IMG/VR virus record: IMGVR_UViG_3300042328_000542
Reading direction: 5' to 3' (one strand)
Source: an uncultured virus (IMG/VR IMGVR_UViG_3300042328_000542)
Lineage: Duplodnaviria; Heunggongvirae; Uroviricota; Caudoviricetes
DNA length: 64,000 nt
Shown: positions 17,880-27,001 of the stretch, piece after piece
Position numbering within the stretch: the stretch's first letter is position 1
How the letters are laid out: every line of letters begins with the position of its first letter
Program-made: the position numbers and the translations under genes
The notes under the pieces: model-generated
Database searches by the model: none
Told to the model about the DNA's origin: nothing
What the model saw: only the letters and a program-made list of their open reading frames with translations

Positions 17880-18440
17880 TTATGTAGTACTACGAGCTTC
17901 CCAGTATTGATATGAAAATGTCACACCAAACTCTTCAATTTGATCATTCGCATTCCATGCAACAGTGATTGGATCTACTTGTACAGGAAATAATCCAACA
18001 AAATAGTATGTTTTAATTGGAATGCTAGGATCACCTTTTCCAAATTGGTGGATTCTAGCGTCAACAGCATATCCACCAGAATAGATTGCATTTGGATTTC
18101 TGTAGATACTAGAATGGCTATTAATTGCATCTGACCATGCTTCAAAAGCATCTCTGATTGTAAATGATTCATCATTAACTACGTTAATAGACCAATCTGG
18201 GAATACTCTATCACCAGGAAATTTCACTTCACGACCAAAATAACTTTGTCTAGCAACACCTAATGATGATGGTGGTAACTGACTAGCATTAGCCATGAAT
18301 CGGATTTGATCTGTTGCAATTGATGCTGCTGGTAACAAAGATGTGATAAATTGAGGAAAACGTAATTGTACCTCAAATAAATTTGGTCTAGCACCATCAA
18401 ATACCATACGTGATCTAAATTGTTCTACGTCGAACGCCAT
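17880..18440 (-). CDS. 19: Tail tube protein gp19
   Basis: GARPNLFEV, YFGREVKFPGDR.F..W...V.NDE.F, IEEF.VTF.YQYW. Confidence 0.95.
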   Translation of the reverse strand: MAFDVEQFRSRMVFDGARPNLFEVQLRFPQFITSLLPAASIATDQIRFMANASQLPPSSLGVARQSYFGREVKFPGDRVFPDWSINVVNDESFTIRDAFEAWSDAINSHSSIYRNPNAIYSGGYAVDARIHQFGKGDPSIPIKTYYFVGLFPVQVDPITVAWNANDQIEEFGVTFSYQYWEARSTT

Positions 18441-18476
18441 GTTCTGATACTCCTTTAAAAATTTTATCTTAACTAA

Positions 18477-18484
18477 TATTTATA
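18477..18484 (-). promoter_or_regulatory. Late promoter TATAAATA upstream of gene 19
   Basis: Exact motif. Confidence 0.7.
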
Positions 18485-18492
18485 CTATACTA

Positions 18493-18516
18493 GGGAAGAG
18501 TTTTTAAACTCTTCCC
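18493..18516 (-). terminator. Hairpin after gene 18
   Basis: GGGAAGAGTTT-tt-AAACTCTTCCC inverted repeat. Confidence 0.6.
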
Positions 18517-18528
18517 CATTGATACAAT

Positions 18529-20409
18529 TTAGAATCCGGTAATTTCTGTGAAATCGACACCAGTACGAACTGCAACAAAGTTTAATTGGATAAAATTAAT
18601 TGATTTAGCTGGTTTAATATAAATATCGCCAATAAATTGATTTGTGTCAATAACTTGTTGTGTGTTATTAGATGTATCACATACAACTTTATAATCATAA
18701 ATGCCGCGTTTTGCTTTAATATCACGTAATAGTGGTTCTACTAAAGATACAAATTGCGCTCTTGTAAAATCGTCATTAAAGTCAAATAATGCATATTTTG
18801 CAGCATTAGATATTGTTTTTTCCAACGTGATAAACAATCTACGGACATTAATTCGATCAAATGCTGATGCTTTTTGTTGTAATGTTTTATCACCGTATAA
18901 TACAATACCTTCACCTGGAAATATACATACTGGATTAATGTTATTTTTATACAATAAATCGCGTTCTGCTTTATTAGGATTCCATGATAATTTTACAGCA
19001 TTTAAAATTTGACCACGATTAAATCCAGCAGGAGACCACCATGGATCACGAACGTTATCTGTGCGTGCCATTAACCCTGCGATATCAGCATTTAATGGCA
19101 CATAACGATATGTATTGTTATACTTATCAAATTGATATTTATAACCACTATCCATAACACCATATGAATTTAACGGTGATAATGCAGCTTTATTGTTAAT
19201 CATATTGGTAGCACTAGGCGCATTCACTGCATCTTGACGAGATGGTGAAATTGTAGTTACGCAATCTTTACGTTGAGTTGAAATACTCAAACATTGATTT
19301 TTGATTGTTTGACTTGCTTCGCCTGTGATAATGAATGATACATCAACATCATCTGTATTTGCGAATAAATCATATCCAACTGCTATATCAGCATCAGTGA
19401 TTGCACCATCAGTACCACCACTTAATTTTACAGAATAATTTGCTACAGAGTTAAATGCTGTATTAATAGCTGTATTACCCCAATTAGTTGCGCCAGTCAA
19501 ATCATTTGCGATATAGATATATTTTGATGCATTAAAGATTTTTGTGATATAATAATTTGATGATCCATCATCGGTTTTAGCATCTTGTGCTTTCGATACA
19601 AACGGATACACTTCTAAAATAGTATTAGCAACTCCACTAAATCTACCATCAGTGTCGATAACTACAACGTGTAACTCGTCGTTAGAACCACCAACACTAG
19701 ATGCATATAATGAAGTGCTTGGAGTACCGTTAAATAGACTGTTATATTTCCATGAAGTGTTTGCAGGAATTAAGTTGCCAGTTGTAGTTGGCGCAACTGT
19801 AACATTAACAGTATTACCAGCAGCAAAACTTGCAATTGTATAGTTTGTTCCGGCAATATTTAACGTGTCTCCTACAGCTGCACCGCTAACATTCACGTTA
19901 GCTGACATAACAACTGCTTGATTACCATTGACAGTATTTGCTGTAATTCCACTGCGATAAAATGCTTGAGATCCCGTACAGAATGATACTGTTAAGCTAT
20001 TTCCCAATTCACCTGGATATCTAGCATATGCTGCGCCATAAGCACTATATGATGATCCTAAATCTGGATTATATGTGATTTCATATGCTGATTCATTAGG
20101 AATTTGAAGTCCACCACCAGTAGCTGATGCGTTTAATGATGATGTGTTTGCAGCTCTAACAATATATAAACTGTTTGAATATGCTAAAAAGTTTGCAGCT
20201 GAAAAGAATGATGTAAAATTATCTACATCGGATGTTGGTTTACCGAACTGTGAAACTAACGAATTTTCAGAATCAATTAGAACTCTAGTTTCAGCTGGAC
20301 CCCACTTAAATGTACCTACAAAAGCACCAGTAGAAGTTCCTACGGCAGCTGTTGTGTTTGTCGCATCGATCTCAGAGAAATTCACCCCTGGTGATAATTG
20401 AATTGCCAT
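18529..20409 (-). CDS. 18: Tail sheath protein gp18
   Basis: LSPGV...EID.T, F.WGP, PWWSPAGFNRG, AFDRINVRRLF, KPAKSINFI.LNFVA.RTGVDF. Confidence 0.97.
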   Translation of the reverse strand: MAIQLSPGVNFSEIDATNTTAAVGTSTGAFVGTFKWGPAETRVLIDSENSLVSQFGKPTSDVDNFTSFFSAANFLAYSNSLYIVRAANTSSLNASATGGGLQIPNESAYEITYNPDLGSSYSAYGAAYARYPGELGNSLTVSFCTGSQAFYRSGITANTVNGNQAVVMSANVNVSGAAVGDTLNIAGTNYTIASFAAGNTVNVTVAPTTTGNLIPANTSWKYNSLFNGTPSTSLYASSVGGSNDELHVVVIDTDGRFSGVANTILEVYPFVSKAQDAKTDDGSSNYYITKIFNASKYIYIANDLTGATNWGNTAINTAFNSVANYSVKLSGGTDGAITDADIAVGYDLFANTDDVDVSFIITGEASQTIKNQCLSISTQRKDCVTTISPSRQDAVNAPSATNMINNKAALSPLNSYGVMDSGYKYQFDKYNNTYRYVPLNADIAGLMARTDNVRDPWWSPAGFNRGQILNAVKLSWNPNKAERDLLYKNNINPVCIFPGEGIVLYGDKTLQQKASAFDRINVRRLFITLEKTISNAAKYALFDFNDDFTRAQFVSLVEPLLRDIKAKRGIYDYKVVCDTSNNTQQVIDTNQFIGDIYIKPAKSINFIQLNFVAVRTGVDFTEITGF

Positions 20410-20461
20410 ATAGTATTACTCCTTGTTATATGAATCTATAAAAGACTTCTTTTATATCATT

Positions 20462-20469
20462 TATTTATA
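20462..20469 (-). promoter_or_regulatory. Late promoter TATAAATA upstream of gene 18
   Basis: Exact motif. Confidence 0.7.
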
Positions 20470-20492
20470 ATAATTTATCTTTAGAGTAAAGT

Positions 20493-22196
20493 TTAATAAT
20501 ACAAATCAACAGTATCAACTATTTCCCATAGATCACCATCTTCTAGATGATATCTATCTGATATAGAATTCTGAAATTCAGGCATAGGTGGTACATCATA
20601 TTCTTCTTCTTTTGCGTAATTATTTTCTATTTGTAGTCTTTTACGAATATCAGTAGAAGAAAGTTCAATAAATAATTTTTGCGTTGTTAACCATGCAAAA
20701 ATAACCAAAGTCATAGCTAAATCATCATTAGCTCCTTCTTCAGCTGCAAAAGAATTATTTGTGGCAATAAATCTAGTTAATTCGTAGATTGTGTCACCAG
20801 AATTTAATTGTAGTTTATCTGTTTCTATTAATGTTTTTAGTGTAGTACACCCAACACGTTTTACTAATGGGCTCATATTTAACCCATTCTGGGTTGCTTT
20901 TCCACTTTCACTTATTTGTTGAGCTTTTTTATTACCTGCATATACTTTTAATACATTTTCATATTCTAAATCTTGATACAGCGTATCTGCGACTGTTGGA
21001 TTATTGTTAATCTCTATTAATACATATGCATTATTATAGTATTCAGCGCATAATTTTATTATGTCTGGAAATAACATTGGATGTAATTGGTTATTTCTGT
21101 AAGTAGCAACTTGTTTATATGGAATAGTAGAAATATCAAATACAGAAAACGCAGCATAATCTAAATTTTTACCTTCAGAAACGTCAACAGTCATTGCATA
21201 GATATGATCTTTATCTATTTGTTTTTTAGTTTCAACATCAAATGATTCTTTAACAGGTGGAATAAAAATATCCATCTCGTAAGGAATTGTTACCTTTCCA
21301 AATATTCTATCATCTGGATCTAATGGATCTATTGCAACAAGAGTTTGTAATTTAGATCCATCAATAAGTGTGTTAGTTGAACCGTGAAACTCGCAGCCAA
21401 ATTCTTGATTAAATTGTCGTTGTGATGTATTACGAATGGTTTTTTCTTTCCATTCTTCGTCACGACCTGGAACTCTAGACCAATGAATATCGACAGGTTT
21501 ATAGTCGCTCTTACCGTTTATAGCATCCATCCACATTTTGTAGTATAAATTCATACCGCGAGGAGTGGAAACAATAATAATTTTTGTTGTTTTACCGGAT
21601 GAAATTACAGGATACGTTGATGTAAAAAATTCTTCAGCGAGATTATTATGAACGTGTGCGAATTCATCCATAAAAACCAGATTGAATGACCCTCCACGTA
21701 TTGATGATGCTGCTGTTGATGCTGCTAACAGTTTTGAACCATTTTCTAATTCAACAGAACCTTTATTCCATATTACAACTCCTTGTTGTAACCACATAGG
21801 TAAATTTTCATATGCTAGTTGATATCTAGATAAAATATCAACTGCTAGAGCTTTTTTGTTAGCTGTAATAGCAATACTGTATCTTTCTGTAAAGATTGAA
21901 AGCCACAATAAATAACCAACAGAAGTCGTCGTTTTTCCGCTCTGGCGACCTATTCTGACGATAGAAAATCTATTCTCATGAAATGCTCTAACCATTTCTT
22001 CTTGGTAATCATGCATATCAAATAAGATCAAACCTTCATCCAGAGAAATGATTTTTACATAGTTTCTAATAAAATAAATCGGATCTTCAGAACATTTTTG
22101 TACTTCCGTGAGCTGTTCTTCTGTAAATTCATATTGAACGCCTGGACGTTTTAGTAGGAGGTTGTCGCGATAATAGTCTTTGTTTTCAGCAGCCAT
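20493..22196 (-). CDS. 17: Terminase large subunit gp17
   Basis: DPIYF..NYVKI, RQSGKTT Walker A, DEFAH, STPRG.N, F.QEFGCEF, DVSEG, NDDLAM. Confidence 0.97.
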   Translation of the reverse strand: MAAENKDYYRDNLLLKRPGVQYEFTEEQLTEVQKCSEDPIYFIRNYVKIISLDEGLILFDMHDYQEEMVRAFHENRFSIVRIGRQSGKTTTSVGYLLWLSIFTERYSIAITANKKALAVDILSRYQLAYENLPMWLQQGVVIWNKGSVELENGSKLLAASTAASSIRGGSFNLVFMDEFAHVHNNLAEEFFTSTYPVISSGKTTKIIIVSTPRGMNLYYKMWMDAINGKSDYKPVDIHWSRVPGRDEEWKEKTIRNTSQRQFNQEFGCEFHGSTNTLIDGSKLQTLVAIDPLDPDDRIFGKVTIPYEMDIFIPPVKESFDVETKKQIDKDHIYAMTVDVSEGKNLDYAAFSVFDISTIPYKQVATYRNNQLHPMLFPDIIKLCAEYYNNAYVLIEINNNPTVADTLYQDLEYENVLKVYAGNKKAQQISESGKATQNGLNMSPLVKRVGCTTLKTLIETDKLQLNSGDTIYELTRFIATNNSFAAEEGANDDLAMTLVIFAWLTTQKLFIELSSTDIRKRLQIENNYAKEEEYDVPPMPEFQNSISDRYHLEDGDLWEIVDTVDLYY

Positions 22197-22205
22197 AAAA
22201 AAATC

Positions 22206-22234
22206 TTTACTTTTCCATAATTTTAATATATACT
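22206..22234 (+). promoter_or_regulatory. Sigma70-type promoter for Hef-like endonuclease 2
   Basis: TTTACT-17 nt-TATACT. Confidence 0.55.
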
Positions 22235-22272
22235 ATTTAGTAATACACTTCACTTAATGTCATGGTTTCTTT

Positions 22273-23853
22273 ATGAAAAATTTTATCAACAGTGCTCTAT
22301 TAAATAAAAATAGAGTTTTAGATCCCAATAAACTTCAACAAAAATATTTTGTAAACAATTCTTTTGAATCAGAGTATCAAGAAATATTATCATTAACAGC
22401 ATTTTTAGATTCTAATTCAACTTTAAAAGAACGAATTTATTGCATTTTAAATGATGTTAAATCTGTAAAAATTTGTCCTGTTTGTAAAACTAATCCTGTA
22501 AATTTCAAAAGTAGTCTTATAGGATATAACACATATTGTAGCACAAAATGTAGATCAAATGATCCAATGGTAAAAGTTAAAATAAAAAATACATGTCAAG
22601 AAAAATATGGCACAGATTCATTTTTTTCGTCTATAGAATTTAAAGAAAAATCTGATGCCACATTACTCGAAAAGTATGGAACAACTAATTTAATGTTAGT
22701 TCCTGAAATAAAAAGTAAAGTTGAAGATACTAATTTACAACGATATAATTCAAAATATGGATTTGGTAGCAGTATAATTCAAGAAAAAATAAAAAACACT
22801 AATATTGATCGATATGGAACAACATCGCATAATGTGGATATTGTAGTATTAGAAAACTTGAAAAGTTTTACTTGGTTACAACAAGAATTATCATCAAAAC
22901 CGGTGTTTCAAATTGCGCAAGAATTAAAGTGTTCTGAATCTTATATTAATAAATGGGCTAGAATTCATAATTTATCGAATAGAGTTGCGAAATATTCTGA
23001 AGAAGTAGAAGTTTCTTCTTATTTAACTGATTGTTGTGGATTAAAATCTGAAGATTTAATTTTAAATTCTTTTGATGTTATTGGAACCGGATCTGGTAAA
23101 TTAGGCAGACGACAAATTGATATTTTTATACCAAAAAATAATCTAGCTATAGAAATTAATGGATTATATTATCACCAAAATAATAAAACTAGACATAAAG
23201 AAAAATTAGATTTAGCTACAGATAAACAGATTAAATTAATACAATTTTGGGATTATCAATGGAATTCTAAACAAGATATTTGTAAATCGATAATTAATAA
23301 TTTTATAGGTACTAATAAAAAAATTTATGCAAGAAAATGTGAAATTAAAGTTGTATCATTTCAGGACTATTCAATTTTTATGAATAATAATCATATGCAT
23401 GGAGTAGCTACAGCTTCTATTAGATATGGATTATATTTTGATGATATTTTAGTTTCTTGTATAGGGTTTGGTAGATCTAGATATTCTAAAAAACATTCCT
23501 GGGAGTTAATTAGATACGCTAATATTTTAAATACAAATGTTGTGGGTGGATTTAGTAGACTGTTAAATCATTTTAAATCGAATAATATGGGTTCTATAAT
23601 TTCCTATTGTGACTTAATGTTATTTACCGGAAATATGTATGAAAAATCTGGATTTACTTGTTTGGGTAATACTAATCCAAATTTTTTTTATTTCAAAGGT
23701 TTTGCGATTAAATCTAGAGAAAGTATGCAAAAACATAAATTAGCAACTATTTTAAAAGATTTTGATCCAGAATTAACTGCAAATCAAAATCTTTTAAATA
23801 ATGGATGGAGTAAAGTTTGGAATTGTGGAAATAGTATTTGGGAATTAGTTTAA
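22273..23853 (+). CDS. Hef-like homing endonuclease, copy 2, inserted antisense between genes 16 and 17
   Basis: Same architecture as 3505-5085 (CPVC...YCSTKC, TNLQRY/TNIDRYG, QIDIFIPKNNLAIEINGLYYH, IYARKC, VVGGFSRLL, WNCGN); also 526 aa. Confidence 0.75.
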   Translation: MKNFINSALLNKNRVLDPNKLQQKYFVNNSFESEYQEILSLTAFLDSNSTLKERIYCILNDVKSVKICPVCKTNPVNFKSSLIGYNTYCSTKCRSNDPMVKVKIKNTCQEKYGTDSFFSSIEFKEKSDATLLEKYGTTNLMLVPEIKSKVEDTNLQRYNSKYGFGSSIIQEKIKNTNIDRYGTTSHNVDIVVLENLKSFTWLQQELSSKPVFQIAQELKCSESYINKWARIHNLSNRVAKYSEEVEVSSYLTDCCGLKSEDLILNSFDVIGTGSGKLGRRQIDIFIPKNNLAIEINGLYYHQNNKTRHKEKLDLATDKQIKLIQFWDYQWNSKQDICKSIINNFIGTNKKIYARKCEIKVVSFQDYSIFMNNNHMHGVATASIRYGLYFDDILVSCIGFGRSRYSKKHSWELIRYANILNTNVVGGFSRLLNHFKSNNMGSIISYCDLMLFTGNMYEKSGFTCLGNTNPNFFYFKGFAIKSRESMQKHKLATILKDFDPELTANQNLLNNGWSKVWNCGNSIWELV

Positions 23854-24303
23854 ATTTTCTATAGATTCGGTTTTCTTAATATCTTTCATTGCTTTTAGTA
23901 GTTCTGTCGTTGAACCCACAAACACAGCATTTTTAATATTCTGAGTTAAATTTTCTTTCTTACCTGTAATATCACGCATTTTCTTTTGTATTTCAAGCAA
24001 TTCTTTTGATGCATCGACAACAGTTTTAATCATGTTACCTGCGACTTCGAAATCCCTAGCTTTTTCTGATTGACGTGCTATTGCTAACATATCATCAATT
24101 GCTTCTGTTCCTTTAGCGATCAGAGAATCTATATTGTCGCGAGTTTTTTCATAATCTGTTTTTAGATCAATATCTAGTAGTGTAGATAGCTCGTGGGATG
24201 ATTGTGGATTTGGAGAAAATTCTACAATGTCGTTGTCAACATTTTCAATGATTGATGGTGGAAGATTAAATATTTCATCCATCTTTTTGTTAAATTTACT
24301 CAT
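23845..24303 (-). CDS. 16: Terminase small subunit gp16
   Basis: DYE.TR.N...LI.KG.EAI, R.FEV, NAVFVGSTTELLK. Confidence 0.92.
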   Translation of the reverse strand: MSKFNKKMDEIFNLPPSIIENVDNDIVEFSPNPQSSHELSTLLDIDLKTDYEKTRDNIDSLIAKGTEAIDDMLAIARQSEKARDFEVAGNMIKTVVDASKELLEIQKKMRDITGKKENLTQNIKNAVFVGSTTELLKAMKDIKKTESIENLN

Positions 24304-24306
24304 AAT

Positions 24307-25290
24307 TTAAAGTGTGTTATCTGTTATTGTTATATTATATGTATATGGTCCAGTTACCGGATATGTATTAGGAGATGGTGTGATATCTGCTGTGTATACG
24401 ATATTTGATGTGTTTATGGATTGAATTGTGTATTGAGCAGATGATACTTGATTTTTTATAGTTGTATTTGCTTTTAACACACCTTTTACATTATCAACGA
24501 TTAAACTATTTGTATTTGCATTCCAATCAATAACATTTGCTCTAGCTGTTTGTCTGTTGTATGATATACCTTGATATACAATTTCGCCTGTTGAAAAACT
24601 ACCATAACCATTTGCTAACTGTAACGTAGTGTTATTCTGTGGAATACGCAGATTTGTGTGTGTTTCTAGAATTGGTTTATAGTATTGTGGTGGTTGATAC
24701 AGATAACTTCTAGCAGTAAATGTTAATGTTCTGAATACAGACCTAACTGAGCTATCATAAACACCACTAGAATCTTCTTCTTGTGAGTCGCCAGTTAATG
24801 TGACCGGAATTGTTTTTGTTATACCCAATTCGGGAACCATATTTATACGCATATTATAATCTGGAATAAAAAATGGTATTATATATTCCATAATTTGATT
24901 TGCATCTTCAATATTTCTAGTATAAAGCACTAATTCAAAATTGAAATTGTATGGCATTGGTGAATGTACATATGCAGAACCATTGGAAGTGCATCCAGTG
25001 ATTTTATTGGCTTGATTTGTTCTTCGACTTGGATCATATTGGATATTAAGTAAGCCATACTCAATCCGGGGTAGAGTTATTTGTACTTTTTCTTGTGATA
25101 TATCCAATCTCTTTACATATTTTTCTTTATCGCCATAAATGATTGGAACTCGAATACGTTCAACTTCGTTACCATTTTCATCATATTTTATAAATGGTAT
25201 ATCTTTGAATAAACTAGCAAACGCTAATGTAGTTTTTCTGATCGCTTGTAATCTAGTAGTTAATGGTTGAGCATCTACTGGTGGATACAT
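24307..25290 (-). CDS. 15: Tail sheath stabilizer/completion gp15
   Basis: IRK...AF.SLF.DI, VPI.YG.KEK, TLPR, PMPYNFNFEL, DA.QI.E.I.PFF.P. Confidence 0.9.
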   Translation of the reverse strand: MYPPVDAQPLTTRLQAIRKTTLAFASLFKDIPFIKYDENGNEVERIRVPIIYGDKEKYVKRLDISQEKVQITLPRIEYGLLNIQYDPSRRTNQANKITGCTSNGSAYVHSPMPYNFNFELVLYTRNIEDANQIMEYIIPFFIPDYNMRINMVPELGITKTIPVTLTGDSQEEDSSGVYDSSVRSVFRTLTFTARSYLYQPPQYYKPILETHTNLRIPQNNTTLQLANGYGSFSTGEIVYQGISYNRQTARANVIDWNANTNSLIVDNVKGVLKANTTIKNQVSSAQYTIQSINTSNIVYTADITPSPNTYPVTGPYTYNITITDNTL

Positions 25291-25298
25291 ATTGTTCC

Positions 25299-26180
25299 TT
25301 AATTGTAATTTGATAAGCTACCAAAAGGGTTACTCTCAGATGTATCAATAAAACCTAAAACTTCTTGTAATATAGGATAATTATCAAAATGTGTATTCTG
25401 CATACTATTGTCAACTGTTGATAATGACCACTGGGAATTACTACTTGCACCTACGATCTGTAATGAACTTGTATTAGAAAAAGTTCCTGTTACCCCTACA
25501 ATAGTTAATATAGTATTAACAGAATCCCAATCAACAACTTCTGCAGATGCAATATAATCATTGGCTGTTCCTTGATACACAGTTTCACCGACAATAAAAT
25601 TACCTGACCCGGGTTCAAATAAATCCAATGTTGTTTTAAATGATTCTAGTGCTTCAATCGCATCAATTTCGTCTATACCAGTGTCGATAGATTCATCATT
25701 GTATTTGAATGGTTCTAATGATAATTCATAATAAAATGGTTGATTTCTACCAAGAACATATAAATCTTTTGATGTGTTTGTAAATTTAATCTCAAATAAT
25801 TCACCAGTATCTTTGATGAATGGAATAAAAATTAAATCGCCTTCTAGTGGTTTAGAATATTCTGATGACACTTTAGCTTTAAATTCTTTAGTAGTCATTT
25901 GAACTTTTGTTTGATTTCTAACTTCTAATCCAAATTTAGAGAAAAAATCTTGTTCGTCGCCATAATCCATAGTATTGACTAGATACATATCTAGTGGATA
26001 TGCAACATCAAATGCTTTTAGTGGATCATCTCCGTATATTAAATCTCTAGATTGAGCATTTGTGTTTGGAATATAATAACCAGTAAATCCTTGCATGTGA
26101 ATTGCTTCATCGTACAAATCTGCTATCAGATTTATTTCTACTGCAGACTTGCCGTAATTCTGGAAATATTTACTAGGCAT
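25299..26180 (-). CDS. 14: Neck protein gp14
   Basis: DL..EAI...G, FFSKFGLEVR, P.EGDLIF.P, LFEIKF, ESNPFG. Confidence 0.9.
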   Translation of the reverse strand: MPSKYFQNYGKSAVEINLIADLYDEAIHMQGFTGYYIPNTNAQSRDLIYGDDPLKAFDVAYPLDMYLVNTMDYGDEQDFFSKFGLEVRNQTKVQMTTKEFKAKVSSEYSKPLEGDLIFIPFIKDTGELFEIKFTNTSKDLYVLGRNQPFYYELSLEPFKYNDESIDTGIDEIDAIEALESFKTTLDLFEPGSGNFIVGETVYQGTANDYIASAEVVDWDSVNTILTIVGVTGTFSNTSSLQIVGASSNSQWSLSTVDNSMQNTHFDNYPILQEVLGFIDTSESNPFGSLSNYN

Positions 26181-26184
26181 TAAA

Positions 26185-26931
26185 TTATCCTACCATAAAT
26201 TGAACTGGTAGTTCATATCTATCTTGCATTTCGTTTTCTAATCTAGAGATATCGGACATAGCTTCATCGTAAGTTTCTTTTCCATTTAAAGTCAATCCAC
26301 CTGGAAGTTGAATATTTCCAAATTTTTTCATATGTTCTGCCCACTGTTTTCTAAACAATGCAGTTGTGTATTCTTTTAACCAACGATCATTGTACACACT
26401 ATCGTATGTTTCTGGATCAATTGCCATATAACCTTCAGCGACTACAGTTGATCCTACTGGACATTGTGGAGAACCCCATGCCCAATCTGGATATAATCTA
26501 TGTGTATGACGCTGAAATCTAATTGGAATTTCACCTGTAAACATTTCACTAAGATTAGTTAAATGTTGCATAGTTATAGCAAAATTTGAATATGATGTTG
26601 ATGTAAAATCATACAATTCATGTAATCTTAGTTGATAACGAAGATCAAACATATTCGATTTTGTTAGCGTATCATTTAGCGGAAAAATTCTCGTGATCCC
26701 TAGAATACTTGGATCAATGGCAAAATATCCTTGATTTATGTCTTGTTGTGTTATTACATGTTTCCAATAGAATAACTCAGTAGCATCAAAATGATAATCT
26801 TGATAGAATTGAATTGCATCATCAATTCTATCTTCTAACTGTTCATCATCTACATTAATTTTAATTACAGGAGCACCTAACCTTCTTAGACAGTAATCTT
26901 TTAATTCGTCTCTTGTTGTTACTTGAGCCAT
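26185..26931 (-). CDS. 13: Neck protein gp13
   Basis: LKDYCLRRLGAPVIKINV..EQLEDRIDDA, NDRWLKEY..AL.RKQW, LPGG.TLNG. Confidence 0.93.
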   Translation of the reverse strand: MAQVTTRDELKDYCLRRLGAPVIKINVDDEQLEDRIDDAIQFYQDYHFDATELFYWKHVITQQDINQGYFAIDPSILGITRIFPLNDTLTKSNMFDLRYQLRLHELYDFTSTSYSNFAITMQHLTNLSEMFTGEIPIRFQRHTHRLYPDWAWGSPQCPVGSTVVAEGYMAIDPETYDSVYNDRWLKEYTTALFRKQWAEHMKKFGNIQLPGGLTLNGKETYDEAMSDISRLENEMQDRYELPVQFMVG

Positions 26932-26941
26932 GATTTTACCT

Positions 26942-27001
26942 TTAATTTCCCGATGATACTGTTGTATTTTCTAAAATTGAACTTGTTGCTTTTGTTGTCA
27001 T
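26942..27001 (-). pseudogene. 19-codon mini-ORF MTTKATSSILENTTVSSGN, probable remnant of a deleted structural gene
   Basis: ATG abuts the tail-fiber stop (TAAATG) after a purine-rich SD-like stretch, and the ORF fills the whole gap before gene 13. Confidence 0.4.

Noticed and set aside
9956..22196. Introns or inteins in uvsW, 23, 20 or 17
   Set aside because: The ORFs are continuous and of normal length, with no intein C...HN signatures or reading-frame breaks.
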